Source of the DNA: Anthoceros angustus
Lineage: Eukaryota > Plantae > Anthocerotophyta
NCBI GenBank assembly: GCA_010909165.1
Contig: MU008150.1
Coordinates: forward strand, 434,001-498,000
Reading direction: 5' to 3'
DNA: 64,000 nucleotides
Shown: piece by piece, positions 61,700-64,000 of the stretch
Layout of the letters: each line of letters opens with the position of its first letter
Position numbering within the stretch: the first letter of the stretch is position 1
Notes under the pieces: generated by a model
What the model was told of the DNA's origin: nothing
The model's database searches: none
What the model saw: only the letters and a program-made list of their open reading frames with translations
Program-made: the position numbers and the translations under genes

Positions 61700-64000
61700 C
61701 CTTATCCCCTAATCCGAGTGAAAGCCCCTGACCTATGATGCCGCTCCCCTCTAAAATCAGTAGCGCCTCCCTGCCGCTTATACTCAAGCGCGCATGGGTG
61801 TTCCCCTTGCTCTCCTACCACACCTCTGATCCGAAAGATTCTCCCTTAAAACCTCCACCTCACTTCCGCTATCCGATGTCCCTTTACTCCTTCCAGGATG
61901 CGGCGCCCGTCTACTGCCCCCGCGCATGTTGCCTCGCTCCTCATCCGAGAGCCACGGTCGTTCCTCCTCACGCCTGCGGCCTCGCCCGCTCATCTCCTCG
62001 AGTACAACTCGCACATGGAGGGTACGCCCCGGCTCCCGTTCGAAGGAACCACTGGTAGACACCCGTGGCGGTTAGGATGTGCAGCCAGTAGTTTATGCCC
62101 CCTCCTGTCCCAACAACCACATACACATTTAGAGTGAGCACCCACTCACCATGCAGGCAGAAGCTAGGGACATGAGCATCCTCATCCAGAAGCCGCAGCA
62201 CATTACGCCCTTCTGCTAAAGAGGTCCTTACCCTCTCCGCCCGTGGACAGTCCTGGACTGGCTGCTCCCTAGAATCCGGGGGAGTTGCATCCCCTCCTAC
62301 AGCGCTCTTGACGGTGGCTTCCCCCACCTCGGGTCTTTCTTCCGCGACAGTGGCCGTTTTAGCCACCGTGGTGGCTGCTTCCTCAACGGTGGCTGTTTCA
62401 GCCACTGCGGTGGCTGACACTATGCCTTTATTTGGCCTGCCGGTCTCTCTCTTGACCCTGGCCCTAGCCTCATCTCTCTCCCGCTTATACCTTTCCGCTA
62501 GTTTTGAACTTCTCCGTAGGCGCGTCTCCACTGTTCTGGATCACAAATTTCATTACGGGCTCCTCAATCGTAGCATGCGCCCCTTTTACTTGGGTCACCA
62601 GGGCCTCCTGTTGGGTGGACATAACCCTCAGCTCCTCCTGTATCTTGCTTAGTGACTCCTCACACTCCCGCCTGCGATCCTCTGCTGCCTTTTTCTCACT
62701 CTCCACTCCCTCCAACTTTTCCTTGAGCAGCTTCTCTTGCTGCCCCTGCGCACTAAGCCAGGTGAGAGCCATAGCTGCCTGGTCGAGAAGATCCGACTGG
62801 GTTTGAGTCATTGCTTGAAATCCGGGTAGATCACCAAATTGGGGCTGTTCCATTTGTGATGGCTCCACATCGGGGCCCCGTGCTCAAGGCCCCTTGCCAC
62901 CACCACCCGGTACGGGCCAAAGGAGTATCCCCAAAAATGTCCTTCAACTCCGGTGAGAACCCTGCTGCCGGAGTTAACCCTTCCTCCCCTACGAGTTGGT
63001 TTGCAACTGCCTCCTCATTCGTAAAAAACTCCCCTAACAGTTGCGACTCGTCCTCCATACCAGCAGAGGGGATAACCCACCGTTTTCCTTTTGCCTTCCC
63101 CTCCTTCTCCCGTGGCTCTGCCGTTGTCTTCGACCTGGTGATCCGGGGTGTGGTTGTGGGCTCCTCTCCCACTGCGACTGTCTTCCCCTTTTTGGTCGAC
63201 CCCTGTCTAGTCGCCACCGCCTTCCTCTTCCTGCTCCTTATAACCTCTCCCCCTTCATCTGAATCTTCTGGTGCCGCAAATTCCCAACTGCTGGAGTCCT
63301 TTCCCGAATCTTCCTTGGACTCTTCTTCTACCTTGAGCTCCCTCACCGACTTCCAGCTATGGAGGGCGGACACAATATTAATCTCCAACTTAGTTAGGCA
63401 CTTGGAATACGCAAACACATGAATCAAGAAGGGCGAGATCGAGAGGAGAGGAGGAGAGCAAATTCGCCCTCTCTTCACATGCTCTCTCAAAAATTATTCT
63501 GTCCCAGTCAATCCGCGTGACCTTAACTACTTCATGGAGGAAGACCAGGAAGTGTGGCCAGCCCCAGATGAAGTGCTCGTTCCTCCTCATCCTCCTTCAG
63601 GAGGTTGTGGTGCCCCCAAACATGTAGAATGAAAGGGGACAGCACTGATGGGGGAGGCCGCTAGTTGCGCAGTTTCCGAGCCTCCTGTCCTATCCAGGCG
63701 AAGATGATCCGCCCCCAGTCCACCCTCTTACCTCTCATGAGGGCGTGCAGGAGATAAATCTCCTAGGTGGGCCACCTTGGTGAGCATGTTCCAATGGACA
63801 ATAATCTTGTACCGCCTCACCCGCCTCGGTCCACATCGGCTACCGTTGGAGGACCTATGGGCATCCTGCTTCAAAAGGGCGGCTTTCGCGGCTTCCAACT
63901 TCCCCCTCCCCTTCAGGGGCTCCGACACCACTCCCAGAGCTTCCTCCGCGGGCGGTTGCTAGCCATAGGACCTCCGTTGTCTAGGGCCTACGGTCCTCCC
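61700..64000 (-). mobile_element. Long frameshifted accessory ORF of a retrotransposon, antisense to the upstream protease
   Basis: DWGRIIF domain, basic/acidic linker (RSRKRKAVAT, RITRSKT) and coiled coil (EKLLKEKLEGVESEKKAAE). Homologous pieces at 46.6 and 47.2-48.2 kb. Confidence 0.6.

Overview
Eukaryotic nuclear DNA from a land plant with a compact genome. The mostly ~60-130 bp GT-AG introns suggest bryophyte/lycophyte grade, but that is inference only. Conserved host genes alternate with mosaics of decayed transposons. Recognisable genes: an RCC1-repeat gene, RPL27a, AP-4 sigma, a Sen1/MAA3-type SF1 helicase, plastid IscA, an intronless MAPKK, eIF3g and a nuclear mitochondrial S18-type ribosomal protein gene. 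A CYP71-clan P450 is a pseudogene interrupted by a Copia element. Transposon remains include two Copia, several Gypsy pieces, two CACTA-like ends, a MITE-like hairpin and four 3' pieces of a CRE-like non-LTR family. The most unusual observations are: (1) an inverted, intron-containing fragment of the S18 gene 28 kb from its parent, whose splice acceptor plus exon start has been amplified into a 39-bp minisatellite; (2) CRE-like copies whose homology resumes at nearly the same point and that share a 3' stem-loop; (3) a helicase with Walker motifs on 14-34 nt microexons and a hierarchical 12/24/37-aa Lys/Glu repeat tail; (4) two tandem duplications whose homopolymer-deletion pattern may be assembly noise. 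All assignments come from manual translation and remembered motifs. No searches were run, and exon edges are approximate unless stated.
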